Shown: in pieces, positions 14,571 to 26,735 of the stretch | Position numbering within the stretch: position 1 is the stretch's first letter | Layout: each line of letters starts with the position of its first letter | Assembly (NCBI RefSeq): GCF_006345805.1 | Contig: NW_021834369.1 | Location: forward strand, 1-49,180 | DNA length: 49,180 bases | Reading direction: 5' to 3' | Source: Octopus sinensis | Lineage: Eukaryota | Program-made: the position numbers and the translations under genes | Notes under the pieces: generated by a model | Database searches by the model: none | The model's input: only the letters and a program-made list of their open reading frames with translations | Told to the model about the DNA's origin: nothing

Positions 14571-14973
14571 AGGCGGAGGAGTGGCTGTGAGGTAAGTAGC
14601 TTGCTTACCAACCACATGGTTCGGGGTTCAGTCCCACTGCGTGGCACCTTGGACAAGTATCTTCTACTATAGCCTTGTGAGTGGATTTGGTAGACGGAAA
14701 CTGAAAGAAGCCCGTCGTATATATGTATATATATATATATATGTGTGTGTGTGTGGTGTGTGTTTGTGTGTTTGTGTGTCTGTGTTTGTCGTCCCAACAT
14801 CGCTTGACAACCGATGCTGGTGTGTTTACGTCCCCGTAACTTAGCGGTTCGACAAAAGAGACCAATAGAATAAGTACTAGGCTTACAAAGAATAAGTCCT
14901 GGGGTCGATTTGCTCGACTAAAGGCAGTGCTCCAGCATGGCCACAGTCAAATATCTGAAACGAGTAAAAGAGT
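14571..14973 (+). mobile_element. SINE family B
   Basis: Same structure as 21964-22412. Confidence 0.88.
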
Positions 14974-16713
14974 ATAGGTACAAGGTCTGAAATTTTGTGG
15001 GGTAAGGCTAGTCGATTATATCGACTCCAGTACTCATCTCTTATTCTATATTCTCGACCCCAAAGCTGTGAAAAGCAAAGTCAACATCAGCCGTATTGGA
15101 ACCTAGGATGTAAAGAGTCGGAAGAAATGCCGTGAAGTATTTTGTCCGACGTGCTAACGATTCTGTTATAAAATCCAAGATGATTTTGTCTCCCTTTCAA
15201 CAGAAATGTATGGCTGTATGAAAGACCCATGCTCTAACTCTGCTATTTATCCCAAGGAGCTGATTTTAAGAACTTTGTGTGCAGAAGGCTGATCATTGCC
15301 TCAATATGAGATTTACTGTCCTGTCCCTGGGCTAGATCCAGATTTCTAAGAAACAAGAGTATTCTGCCTTACATAGAAAATCAATAAATATATTGTTGCA
15401 AATGTCAACTTCCTCTATGAATGAACAACATTTTTTTCTGAAAGTATCGAGAGCAGAGACAGAAATAGTTTCCTTTCAAATGAAGATGAAATCTGCGTGT
15501 GTTTATCAAAAGTTCGACTCTGAACGAAAAAGACAAGTACAGGTTTCTCATTACGAAATCAAATTTCAATATCTAAATTGGCTTCAAAAATAATATTGCT
15601 TTATTTATCTTATGCTAGTTTTTTTCAAGATTGTCAATAAAGGATTAAGTTATTGTAGAAACTGTTGTAATTTCGTTCTGTTTATATGCGTTATATCAAG
15701 TTGTTAGTTATAATTATTTTTTGTGAATATAAATGTGTGATTTATATTTTTCTTGTGAATGAAATCCTCTTTATGTGGCTTCTTGAATAAGCAGTTTGAT
15801 CTTATTTTGTTATTATTTGGAATGTCAATAAACTTGAGAAAGATTTAAGCTATTTATTTATTTACTGAAAACCTGTTCTCAGAAAAATGTATTATGTTTG
15901 TCTTAAGGAAATTAATTTTACGAAAGAAAAAAAAAACATTAGTAAATCAATTTTACAAAAGGGAGAAAGTTTAGTAAATTATATATAATATTAGCAATCT
16001 CTATTTCATATCTGAAGCAAATACAACATGGAAAACCAAATTAACTGCAGTATTCATTCTGAGATAGTATCTTTTGTAGATGTGTTGCGTTTAAATGCAT
16101 AGAAATATATTAATAGCAGGCGAAAATCGTCCAGCATGGCTAAATGCGCATTTCTGCATCCTTGAGCTTCGTCAATAGTAATTTCGTCCGCTGACAACCG
16201 CATGCTAAGACGAAACCTATATTTACTGATATAGTAAAACAGAGATGGAAAAATCGCTGATACCGCAATTAGCCAGCAGGTTGGGAAAAAATTCATTATG
16301 GGTGACAGAGGAAGTATTAGTTTAAATATGATGGACAGATGACTGTTTTAAACAAATATTATTTTCACCACCCATTAGGAATGTATAATATTAATTTTAT
16401 GTAGAGGATCCTTGAGATATGAAACGTATTTCAAGGGGTAAAATTTTTGGGAGATACTGCTATGAGAAACAACATGGAAGCTTTTGTACATTATTCTAAA
16501 ATAAAAAAAAAACAAATGGGATGGTCACGGTTGGTACGTCTTTGATTATAGATCAGCTTGATCAAGGCTAAACAATAACCATATCAGCAACAGCTATTAT
16601 TATTCTGAAACGCCACTAGGAAACCTAAGATCAGTCGAATTGCTTGAAATAATAACCTTGTGCTCATGAAGCCACACCCTATTATATTATAAAATTTGAG
16701 AGAGAGAGAGAGT

Positions 16714-16769
<56 letters not shown>

Positions 16770-17011
16770 TAGGAAGAGAAGGGGTAAGGCAGATGGAGAA
16801 AAACAGAGGAAAGACTTCTTTTTTCTCTTTCCAATCTAAGGCGAGTGATAGACGAATATCTGATGACGGCTTGACTAATCTTAGGAACGATGGTGACAGC
16901 AGATGAACTTTGAACGAAATTGTAGAAAGGATTAACTGATGGGAAAAGTGAATTTGATATAATGTAAAAAAGAAAAACAAAAAAACACACTCAAATCACA
17001 CTAGTTTTCAG

Positions 17012-17117
17012 GGAAATGTCTGAATTTTTAGTGAAACCAAGACAACAGAGGATGAAATATCTGTGTCTGACAGGAATATTATTCCAGGATCGTGTGCCAC
17101 AGAGAGGTCATAGGAAG
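17012..17117 (+). other. Candidate internal exon (unverified)
   Basis: ttttcag| acceptor and AAG|GTGAGG donor. 106 nt, open as EMSEFLVKPRQQRMKYLCLTGILFQDRVPQRGHRK. No recognisable homology. Confidence 0.25.
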
Positions 17118-17240
17118 GTGAGGGAGGATCTGAGCTGAAGCAAATCAACCGATATTGATGTAAGGGTCGATACACACATACATTCATGCATGTATGCATA
17201 CATACATAGGTACGCACGTACTTACATACATAAATAAGGA

Positions 17241-17552
17241 GCACTCCGTCGGTTACGACGACGAGGGTCCCAGCTGATACGATCAACGGAACAGCTTGCT
17301 CGCGAAATGAACGTGCAAGTGGCTGAGCACTCCACAGATACGTGTACCCCTAACGTATGAGATTCAGCGTAACATAGAGTGTGACAAGGTGGCCCTTTTG
17401 AAGTACCGGTACTACTCATTTTCGCCAGCTGAGTGGACTGGAGTAACGTGAAATAAAGTGTCTTGCTCAAGGACACAACGCGTCGCCGGGAATCGAACTC
17501 ACGACCTTCCAATCGTGAGCCGAATGCTCTAACCACTAAGCTACGCGCCCTC
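17241..17552 (-). mobile_element. SINE family D
   Basis: Reverse copy of 27446-27771. Confidence 0.88.
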
Positions 17553-17611
17553 ACACATAATACATACATGCATACATACATACATACATACATACATACA
17601 TACATACATAC

Positions 17612-17799
17612 GAGGTGGGTACTGAAAAGTTCCTGGCTTTAAGGGTGTCACGAAAGGCCTGGCTGGAGGCCGAAATTTCCGATTTCTTTTACAGGGTTTA
17701 GAAAAACTGAAGGACTTCTGCCATATCAGTGTGAATCTGAGAGGGGAATATGTTTACTGAAATCATAATTATCTGATCCTTCTGTATATTCTTTTACCC

Positions 17800-17800
<1 letters not shown>
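17612..17800 (+). mobile_element. Mariner MITE fragment
   Basis: TA-CGAGGTGGGTACTGAAAAGTTCC left TIR, followed by a transposase C-terminal remnant LQGLEKLKDFCHISVNLRGEYVY*. Right end lost in (CA)n. Confidence 0.65.
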
Positions 17801-17884
<84 letters not shown>

Positions 17885-18274
17885 CATGCGCACATACACA
17901 CACTCGTTTTTAATTGACAGGATCAAAGGCCTCCCTGTTTATCGAAAATGACAATCTTGTGTGTCCTTCCGCCTTTAAGACTACAGTGTATGATATGAGG
18001 GAGACTCGATTATGATTTTAGGGCAGTTCGAGAGGCCGCACTGAATTTTTATTTTTTATTTTGGTGGCTTGTGCAAAAGTCATTCTAAAATGACAATACA
18101 GCTGGCCAAAATAAAATCTGATCAACAGAATTTGTAATAATGTCACAAAGATATTGAAATATATGAGTTCCATCTGAAGAAAATTTGCATCACTGAGAAT
18201 CTGGAATGTCCGTTGATGAAAGGGAGAGCTGGATTTCGCGTATGAAATAAATGTCGTTATTACCAAGTGTGCTT

Positions 18275-18690
18275 TAAGGCGGCGAGATGGCAGAAACGTT
18301 AGCACGTCGGGCGAAATGCGTAGTCGTATTTCGTCTGCCGTTACGTTCTGAGTTCAAATTCCACCGAGGTCGACTTTACCATTCATCCTTTCGGGGTCGA
18401 TTAGATAAGTACCAGTTACGCACTAGTGTCGATGTAATCGACTTAATCCGTTTGTCTGTCCTTCTTTGTCCTCTCTGTGTGTAGCCCCTTGTGGGTGGTA
18501 AAAAATAGGTATTTCGTCTCCCGTTATGTTCTGAGTTCAAATTCAGCCGAAGTCGACTTTGCCTTTCATCCCTTCGGGGTCGATAAATTAAGTACCAGTT
18601 ACGCACTGGGGTCGATATAATCGACTTAATCCGTTTGTCTGTCCTTGTGTGTCCCCTCTATGTTTAGCCCCTTGTGGGCAATAAAGAAAT
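18275..18690 (+). mobile_element. SINE family A dimer with 10-bp TSD
   Basis: TSD AAGTGTGCTT at 18265-74 and 18691-18700. Junction near 18507. Confidence 0.92.
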
Positions 18691-19483
18691 AAGTGTGCTT
18701 ATAATTTTTTTTAATGTGTATATAAATATTGATTTAAAAGTTTGGCAATTTTCGGGGACTGATACTATGTTTTATCGATATCGGGACGATGAAAAGCAAA
18801 GTAAACTTCGGCAGAATTTGAACTAAGAACGTAAAGACAAATGAAATGCTCTTTTACTGTTTTACTTGTTTCAGTCATTTGACTGCAGCCATGCTGGAGC
18901 ACCGCCTTTAGTCGAGCAAATCGACCCCAGGACTTATTCTTTGTAAGCCTAGTACTTATTCTATCTGTCTCTTATGCCGAACCGCTACGTTACGGAAACG
19001 TAAACACACCAGCATCGGTTGTCAAGCGATGTTGGGGGATAAACACAGACACACAAACACGTGCACACACATACACACATGTATATACATATATACGACG
19101 GGCTTCTTTTCAGTTTCCGTCTACCAAATCCACCCACAAAGCTTTGGTCCCACGCAGTGGGACTGAACCCGGAACCATGTAGTTGGAAAGTAAGCTACTT
19201 ACAACACATCCACACTTGCTGCTAAGCATTTTGACTAGTTTGCTCACGATTCTGCCAACTTGCCGCTTTAATCTGTTTATAAATATTGGTTTCAAATTTT
19301 GGCACCAGGGCAGTAATTTCGAGGGATGGGCTAACTCGATTCCACGGACTTCAATATTCAACTGGTACCTATTTTATCGATTCCGAAGGGACGATAGACA
19401 AAGTCGACGTCGGCGGAATTTGAACTCAGAACGTTAAGATGGGTAAAACGCCGCCAAGCACTTTGCCCGGCATGCTAACGTTT

Positions 19484-20085
19484 CTTATTTCTTTATTGCC
19501 CACAAAGGGCTAAACATAGAGGGGACAAACAAGGACAGACAAAGGGATTAAGTCGATTACATTGACCCCAGTATGCAACTGGTGTGTAATTTATCGACCC
19601 CCGAAAGGATGAAAGGCAAAGTCGACCATGACGGAATTTGAACTCAGAACGTAGCGGCAGACGAAATACTTATTTCTTTACTACCCACAAGGGGCTAAAC
19701 ACAGAAAGGACAAACAAGGACACACAAACGGATTAAGCCGATTATATCGACCCCAGTGAGTAACTGGTGCGTATTTAATCGATCCCGAAAGGATGAAAGG
19801 CAAAGTCGACCTCGGCGGAATTTGAACTCAGAACGTAGCGGCAGACGAAATACCTTTTTTTTTAACTACCCACAAGGGGCTAAACACAGAGAGAACAAAC
19901 ACGGACAGACAAACGGATTAAGTCGATTATATCGACCCAGTGCGCAACTGGTACTTATTTAATCGACCCCGAAAGGATGAAAGGCAAAGTCGACCTCGGC
20001 GGAATTTGAAGTCAGAACGTAGCGGCAGACGAAATACCGCTAAGCATTTCGCCCGGCGTGCTAACGTTTCTGCCAGCTCGCCGCC
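19484..20085 (-). mobile_element. SINE family A trimer
   Basis: One head at 20085 and three tandem modules, with junctions near 19670 and 19855. Confidence 0.9.
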
Positions 20086-21174
20086 ATATTGTGTTTTTAA
20101 ATATTGACGGATAAAATACTCCATGACCTATAAACGAAAGGTCTTCTGACGAGATTATTAAAATATCAAGATTAAAAAAATGCTTCTAGGGAAAAATTAA
20201 TAGAGATTATTCACAACTCTCTTTGTACATAACAAACCTAACAGAACTTGAAGAATTAAACACTAAAAATAAGTAACTAAACAAACAGATGAATAAACAA
20301 ACTGGGGCAAGTCGCTTAAAAAAAACAGTCAAAAGCAAACATTCTTCTTGCTAGGAGAAACAGTAACACATCAGGTTAGCATATAATAATAATAGGAAGT
20401 CTTAAATCGATATGCGAGATATCTCTTTTGTTCAAATATCTCATTTTAAAATCTTACATGAACACTTAATCCAATTTTGCGGAAAGATAAAGCTAAAATA
20501 GTTGAAGTTATATATCTGACTTAAAGATAGGAAATCATAATATAACTTCTCGTATAATATAATAATAATAAAAGATGTTGATGAGTCGGCGAAGAAGTGA
20601 AGAAGTTTCTACGTGGTCGCTGCCTCGCGATACTAAATTTATCTGAAACCACCGTCTTAAAATTGGTAAAATGTAATAGTTAATGTAGTGCTAAATAAAT
20701 TTTGTTTGAAAATGAAAAAGAAACAGAACGATTGTATATCTTGAACGAGGTTTTTTGAATATGAATCTGCTTGATCAAATCTGACTTGCGACTAAACGGC
20801 CATACTACTAGCAAAAGCAGGCGTTGTATAACAACTGGCTAAATGTGTGTGTGTATGTGTGTGTGTGGTGTGTGTGTGTGTGTGTGTGTGCGTATAGGAG
20901 TTAATGCGTGTGTCAGGATGTGTGATTATGCGGTGGGAAGACGGCGTTGATATATTTGTGCAATCAGCGCGGGAGAACGGGCATAAATCTTTTATAGCAT
21001 TCCATTGTAAATAACCAGAGCAAAACTACAACAATAACAACAGCAACAACAACAGCGTCACACCTACCGCCAACACCACCCACCAGCTGCAACAACAACA
21101 ATAAATGCAGCAAAAAGAATACAAAATTCAATTAAATTTGAGATAGCGACTGTCACATTGTAATATGGATACAT

Positions 21175-21819
21175 AAACTGAATACGTAAACAAGTGCCTG
21201 TCCAACAGTGATTGCATCATCCATACTCCCAACAATGTGCCCTTAAATATGGTTTCTGATTACAAATATCTTGGGTCATACATATCATCATCTGGAAAAG
21301 ATTTTCTAACTGGTCAGGTATGGCCTGGTCAGCCTGTAATGAGATCTGGTCATCAAATCTAAGTAGAGACTTCAAACTTGAAATCTTCAAAGCCACAGTC
21401 GAACCAATTCTACTATATGGCTCAGAAACCTGGACGTTATCAAAGAAGCTTGAGAGGCGGTTGGATGGAACCTACACTCGCCTCCTTATGAGAGCTCAAA
21501 ATCTCTCGTGGAAGCGCCATCCAACCAAAATGCAAATATATGGGAAACTACCACCTGTGTCATCTCTTGTGAAAGGTAAGAGAGTCCAGTCTGCTGGACA
21601 TTGTTGTAGAGCTGAAAATGAGGCAATTTCTACTCTTCTCCTCTGGAAGCCATCTACTCGCAATACCAGAGGGCGCACACTCTCCTACCCTGATGTAATC
21701 TACAGGGATACAGGCATCCAGCAACAGGACCTCCGTAATGCCATGATGGACCGTGAAGTCTGGCGTAGCATAGTAAATTCCATTGTCTCGACCACGGTCG
21801 AACAATGATGATGATGATG
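21175..21819 (+). mobile_element. 5'-truncated RTE-clade LINE (RT C-terminal part, stop, (GAT)n tail)
   Basis: Translates as TEYVNKCLSNSDCIIHTPNNVPLNMVSDYKYLGSYISSS, then a 1-nt frameshift near 21315, then MAWSACNEIW...ATVEPILLYGSETWTLSKKLERRLDGTYTRLL...DREVWRSIV. YKYLG and LLYGSETW are typical RTE motifs. Ends in (gat)n. Probable TSD tgtaa(t/c)atggat at 21159-21170 and 21818-21829. Confidence 0.93.
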
Positions 21820-21963
21820 TAACATGGATCCTAGCTGCCTTAGTTCGTTAGGATGGCTTTACTCTTGTACGAGAGTAAGCGATTCAATGCACCACAAGAA
21901 CACTCTTATTGATATATAATAAAAGTTACTCATATGATTATATATTTTATTTGTTTCCAGTCG

Positions 21964-22128
21964 GGCGCAGGAGTGGCTGTGTGGTAAGTAGCTTGCTTAA
22001 CAACCACATGGTTCCAGGTTCAGTCCCACTGCGTGGCACCTTGGGCAAGTGTCTTCTACTATAGCCTCGAGCCGACCAAAGCCTTGTGGGTGGATTTGGT
22101 AGACGGAAACTGAAAGAAGCCTGTCGTA

Positions 22129-22187
<59 letters not shown>

Positions 22188-22412
22188 ATGTGTGTGAGCG
22201 TGTTTGTATGTCTGTGTTTGTCCCCACAACATCGCTTGACAACCGATGCTGGTGTGTTTACGTCCCCGGAACTTAGCGATTCGGCAAAAGAGACCGATAG
22301 AATAAGTACTAGGCTTACAAAGAATAAGTCCTGGGGTCGATTTGCTCGACTAAAGGCGGTGCTGCAGCATGGCCGCAGTCAAATGACTGAAACAAGTATA
22401 AGAGTAAAGAGT
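21964..22412 (+). mobile_element. SINE family B (CORE-like centre, internal (TA)n(TG)n)
   Basis: tRNA-like head GCGCAGGAGTGGCTGTGTGGTAAG..GGTTCAGTCCC and GGCACCTTGGGCAAGTGTCTT (MIR-core-like). Internal microsatellite and aaagagt-repeat tail. Confidence 0.9.
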
Positions 22413-22979
22413 CATTGGACTGTGAAATCACCTTGAAGGTTTTAGTCGAATCGACCAACCATTGAACTTATTTTTTAAGTTTGATGCTTACTTGCTTATT
22501 CCACCATTGTATTTGCTGAACAACTGAGTTATAAGGTAAAGTGTACTAGCCTCTGAATGTCGTCTCCAGCTGGCCTTAGACACAATTTCTGTGCCCTTTT
22601 GATATTTGCAAAGGGAGGTCATCCCCTCTCGAAAACCTAAGTGATACATACGGACTATAGTTTCAAGGTTTTTGCCTCTCGTCAACGTATGGTAAACACC
22701 GGTTTTCGATTAAGGAGACCCGTTTGCAAAATCTATTTAATGTTTTTCCCAGCAACCATAGTCACTGGAGATTTATTAATGAGTTATAAGGACAATCCAG
22801 GAAAGAATATTTCAAATTTCTGATTAAAAAAAACTACTATTTCATTTTTACGTCTCGATGCACTGGAAGGCCTAATTCGCCGATTGAGCATATGTCTCAA
22901 TTTTTTGTGATTAATCATTGTTATATAGCAATACTACACAGTGGCTGTGTGAGCTAGGAAATCCTCGTCACCACTGTTA

Positions 22980-23174
22980 TGTCGCACGTTCGGATGACCT
23001 CTATTTAACCTCACTCTGCTACTCTTCTCTACTCTACTCTCTGTTCTACCGACGTCTAGGCTTTTCCCTCTGTATCTACGTATTGGGCTAGCCTACTTCA
23101 TCGTCTGGGGGCGTCCACACAACAGTATGTATGTATGTATGTATGTATGTATGTATGTATGTATGTATGTATGT

Positions 23175-23220
<46 letters not shown>

Positions 23221-23374
23221 CGTGCGTGTGTGTGTGTATATATGTATGTCGCACGTTCGGATGCCTCTACTACTCTGCTCTCCGACTGCTACTCTCCTCT
23301 GGCGTCTAGGCTTCTCCCTCTATATCTACGTATTGGGTTAGCCTACTTCATCGTCTGGGGGCGTCCACACAACA
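22980..23374 (+). mobile_element. Pair of short LTR-like direct repeats (TG...CA) flanked by a 4-bp TSD
   Basis: Copy 1 is 22980-23124 and copy 2 is 23247-23374. Both start TGTCGCACGTTCGG and end GGGGGCGTCCACACAACA. GTTA flanks the unit (22976-79, 23375-78). Interior is (GTAT)n(GT)n. Confidence 0.65.
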
Positions 23375-23687
23375 GTTATTAATTCTGAAAGACTATCGCA
23401 AACAGTTGTTAACTCTTTGTATAAGCCTTTGCTGCACAACTGTGAGACTCTTCTAAATCCGATCTAAGATGTCATCTATCCAGTATCTTTTCCTTCGACT
23501 TCTCCTCTCATAGTGGGTACCTCACGTTGGTGGATCTTTTTACAATGTTAGTGCAGATAATAAAAATGGTTCTTTACGGAACCACTCATTACTTTTTTTA
23601 TGTTCAAACCAACTGATTCATACAAACTTTCAACATCGCCATAGCCATAGCTCCAAAGCCTTAGGCATTAGTTTAATAACTTTAGAG

Positions 23688-24338
23688 CAGGGATGGGCAA
23701 CTTTTCGTCAACTGGGGACCGCATCGCACCATTTCCAAGCGGGACAGGACCACATGATAAAATACATATGCATGAAGTATTAGGGTTAGGGCTAGGGTTA
23801 GGCCACTTTACACTGAATTTCTTAATTCTATTTGTCTTAGTGTGAAAGTTTACATTAAGCTGGCATCTCTTTCATTTAATGATGATTACTAGTTTAAAGG
23901 CGGCGAGCTGGCAGAAACGTTAGCACGCCGGGCGAAATGCGTAGCTGTATTTCGTCTGCCGTTACGTTCTGAGTTCAAATTCCGCCGAGGTCGACTTTGC
24001 CTTTCATCCTTTCGAGGGTCGATAAATTAAATACTAGTTACGCACTGGGGTCGATGTGATCGACTTAATCCGTTTGTCTGTCCTTGTTTGTCTCCTCTAT
24101 GTTTAGCCCATTGCGGGTACTAAAGAAACAGATGGTTACTAGTTTAAATAAATTATAGTTTAAAATATTGAGTTATAGAAAAAAGAACAAGGAAGTTCAT
24201 TGATATTTTATTAAAGAACAAATTTCATTATCTGTATCAATGAGATTTTTGCGCATTCACATTCTTTACCATATTTTAGGTCATGCTGCAAATTAGTAAC
24301 CTAGAAACTCGTCAGGAGCTGCAGGTTGCCCATGCATA
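23688..24338. mobile_element. hAT-like MITE containing a nested SINE
   Basis: 8-bp TSD CTTTAGAG (23680-87, 24339-46). Ends CAGGGATGGGCAAC and GTTGCCCATGCATA, 10/14 complementary. Confidence 0.8.
23899..24130 (+). mobile_element. SINE family A monomer with 18-bp TSD
   Basis: Head GGCGGCGAGCTGGCAGAAACGTTAG with B box GAGTTCAAATTCC. TSD gatg(a/g)ttactagtttaaa at 23881-98 and 24131-48. Confidence 0.92.
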
Positions 24339-24784
24339 CTTTAGAGCACAGCTATGCACAGCAATACTTCATATAACTGATCTGGCTAGTTGTTTTTTAG
24401 TTATATGCTTAACTCAGTTGACCTCAATATCGTCGTGAAATACGTATATAATTTGATCGGCTTCGCTTTCCGTCGGTTATGACGACAAGTGTTCTAGTTG
24501 ATACGACCAACTGCCTGCTCGTGAAATTAACGTGTGAGTAGATGAGGATTTCACAGACACGCGTAACCTTAACCTAGTTTTCCGGGAGATCCAGTGTGAC
24601 GCAGTGTGTGACAAGACTAGCACTCCGAAATACGGGTGCAACTCATTTTCTCCAGCAACGACAAATATTGTGTTTTGTTCGAGGATGCAACGCATCGCCG
24701 GAGATCGAATTCACAAGACTACGACCACTAAACCACGTAATTAGAGGATCAGAAACTGCTGCGTTAATCTTAACATTGAGGGTA

Positions 24785-25294
24785 CTGTAAAATCCTCGAG
24801 TATAGTCCGCCCTTGAGTATAATACGCAGGGAATTTTTAGGGGGTTATACCTCTGAAAAACCTAAACCTTGTGTATAATACGCACCCCTTCTCTAACTTG
24901 AGTCAAGGAGGTATATATAACGTCCTTGGTTTGTAAAAATGTAGACGGTAACGTCCTTTATTATTATTGTACATATAACATAATGCAAACGTAGTTTTTT
25001 TGTGCATTTTGTTTGCAGAAAATAAAGAAATAACAGTAATAACGTTTAATAAATGTTGCTTACTGCAAGTTATGGATGATTCTTTTATGACTTCATTACT
25101 TTCAGGCTTAGCTTCAGGTATTTTCGCGCCCGACATCACAAAATGCGTCTGAATAAACATTGCCGACTGCAAATAGAGATTCGGACATTGCTTAGAAAAT
25201 ATTTTTCATTTTTTACCTCGTATATAGTACGCACTAGGGATTTTGACCTTTAAATTTTGGAAAAAAAATGCGGATTATACTCGAAGATTTACGG
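24785..25294. mobile_element. pogo/Tigger-like MITE
   Basis: TIRs CTGTAAAATCCTCGAGTATAGTCCGC and (reverse complement) CCGTAAATCTTCGAGTATAATCCGC. TA on both sides (24783-84, 25295-96). No ORF. Confidence 0.85.
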
Positions 25295-25496
25295 TAAATA
25301 CTCGTGAGCTGAAGATGCTGCTGTACTCCATCTTCGAATACAAGAGTTTTATAGATCAACGGGCAATGAAGCAACTCTGGAGGTGTTTGGAGAAAGAAAA
25401 GGTGACAGTGCGTAAATGAACCAATGACTGAAGCACATTTGCGATTGAACATATCAACCACTTAAGCTACACAGCATAAGAAATGTAATCTAGGGT

Positions 25497-26048
25497 GTAC
25501 TTGCTGTAACAGCAACCTGGTGAGACCCATATTGGAGTTCGGCATTCAAGCTTCTTCTCCTTATCTCCTCAAAGACATACATCATCTCGAAAGAGTCCAG
25601 AAGCTGGCTACTCGCATGGTTCTTGGTCTCAAGCATTTGTCTTATGAAGAAAGGCTGAAGACGCTCGACCTTTATTCTCTAGAAAAACGACGATGCCGTG
25701 CTGATCTCCTTCTCGCTCACAACATCATAAGCGGAAAGTGTAACCTCTCGAAAGAGCTGTCCTTCACTCCTGCTCCAGAGCGTCGGCTGCGGGGTCATTC
25801 CGAAAAGCTCTATCTGCGACGATTTCATCTCAATCGAAGGAGAGGGGCTTTCTCCGTCCGGGTTGCGGATACGTGGAATAAGCTGCCAGACGAGATGGTG
25901 AAGATGCCGACGACCGCTCGGTTCAAAGTCTCTCTTGACCAGAAATAGACTGAGCTCTTTGCATGAACACCCTCCCTGTACATAACTCCATGTCCCCCTA
26001 CATGGCCTTGCTTTTTGCTTTTTGAGCCAAAAAATTAACTTAACTTAA
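25497..26048 (+). mobile_element. 5'-truncated CR1-clade LINE 3' fragment
   Basis: ORF 25520-25948: LVRPILEF...LERVQKLATRMV...LSYEERLKTLDLYSLEKRR.RADL...RGHSEKL...FSVRVADTWNKLP...FKVSLD, a canonical CR1 C-terminus. Short 3'UTR ending in (ttaac)n. No clear TSD. Confidence 0.92.
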
Positions 26049-26611
26049 ATATGAAGAGTACCTATCTGGTGATCAACTGTTCAGAGCTATAGTATATTTC
26101 CTAACCATAGAAAAGGAAAGGCAGGGGCGGTGGTGGTCGCGGTGGTGATGAAGCTTGAAGCGGTGCTAGTACTTTTGTGTATTAGTTTTTTAATGTCTAG
26201 CTCTAGGTTAATCCCAATCTAGGAGAGCTATAAAAAAAAAGAAGAAAAACGACATTCCAGGTAAGCCCATCATGACGAACGTGGGCAGGTAGGACTACAA
26301 GTTGCATACGTCCGTCTCTATCTCAAACTGAATTTACTATTGTATTCGTTTACTGCATTATTTTTTGGTGCATTTATTGTTGTTCTGGTGGTGGTTGGCG
26401 GCGGCGGTGGGTGGTGGTGGCAGGTCTGTTGTTGTTGTTGTTGTTGTTGTTGTTTTGCTCTGGTGATTTACAATGGAATGTTATAAAAGATTTATGCCTG
26501 TTATCCCATGCTGATTGCACAAATATATCAACGCCGTCTCTTCCTACTGCATAATCACACATACTGACACACGCATAAGCTTTTAGACACACACATACAC
26601 ACACTCACACA

Positions 26612-26647
<36 letters not shown>

Positions 26648-26689
26648 CATGCATACACACACACAAATACATACTAATTCATGCACACA

Positions 26690-26735
<46 letters not shown>

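Noticed and set aside
16858-16900. CTGATGA heptamer
   Set aside because: No downstream GAAA or paired stems, so a chance match.
19484-20085. Regularly spaced direct repeats as a CRISPR-like array
   Set aside because: Eukaryotic context, and the units are ~185-bp SINE modules without unique spacers.
23780-23802. (TTAGGG)-like run as a chromosome end or fusion scar
   Set aside because: Only about four imperfect units, lying inside a TSD-flanked MITE.
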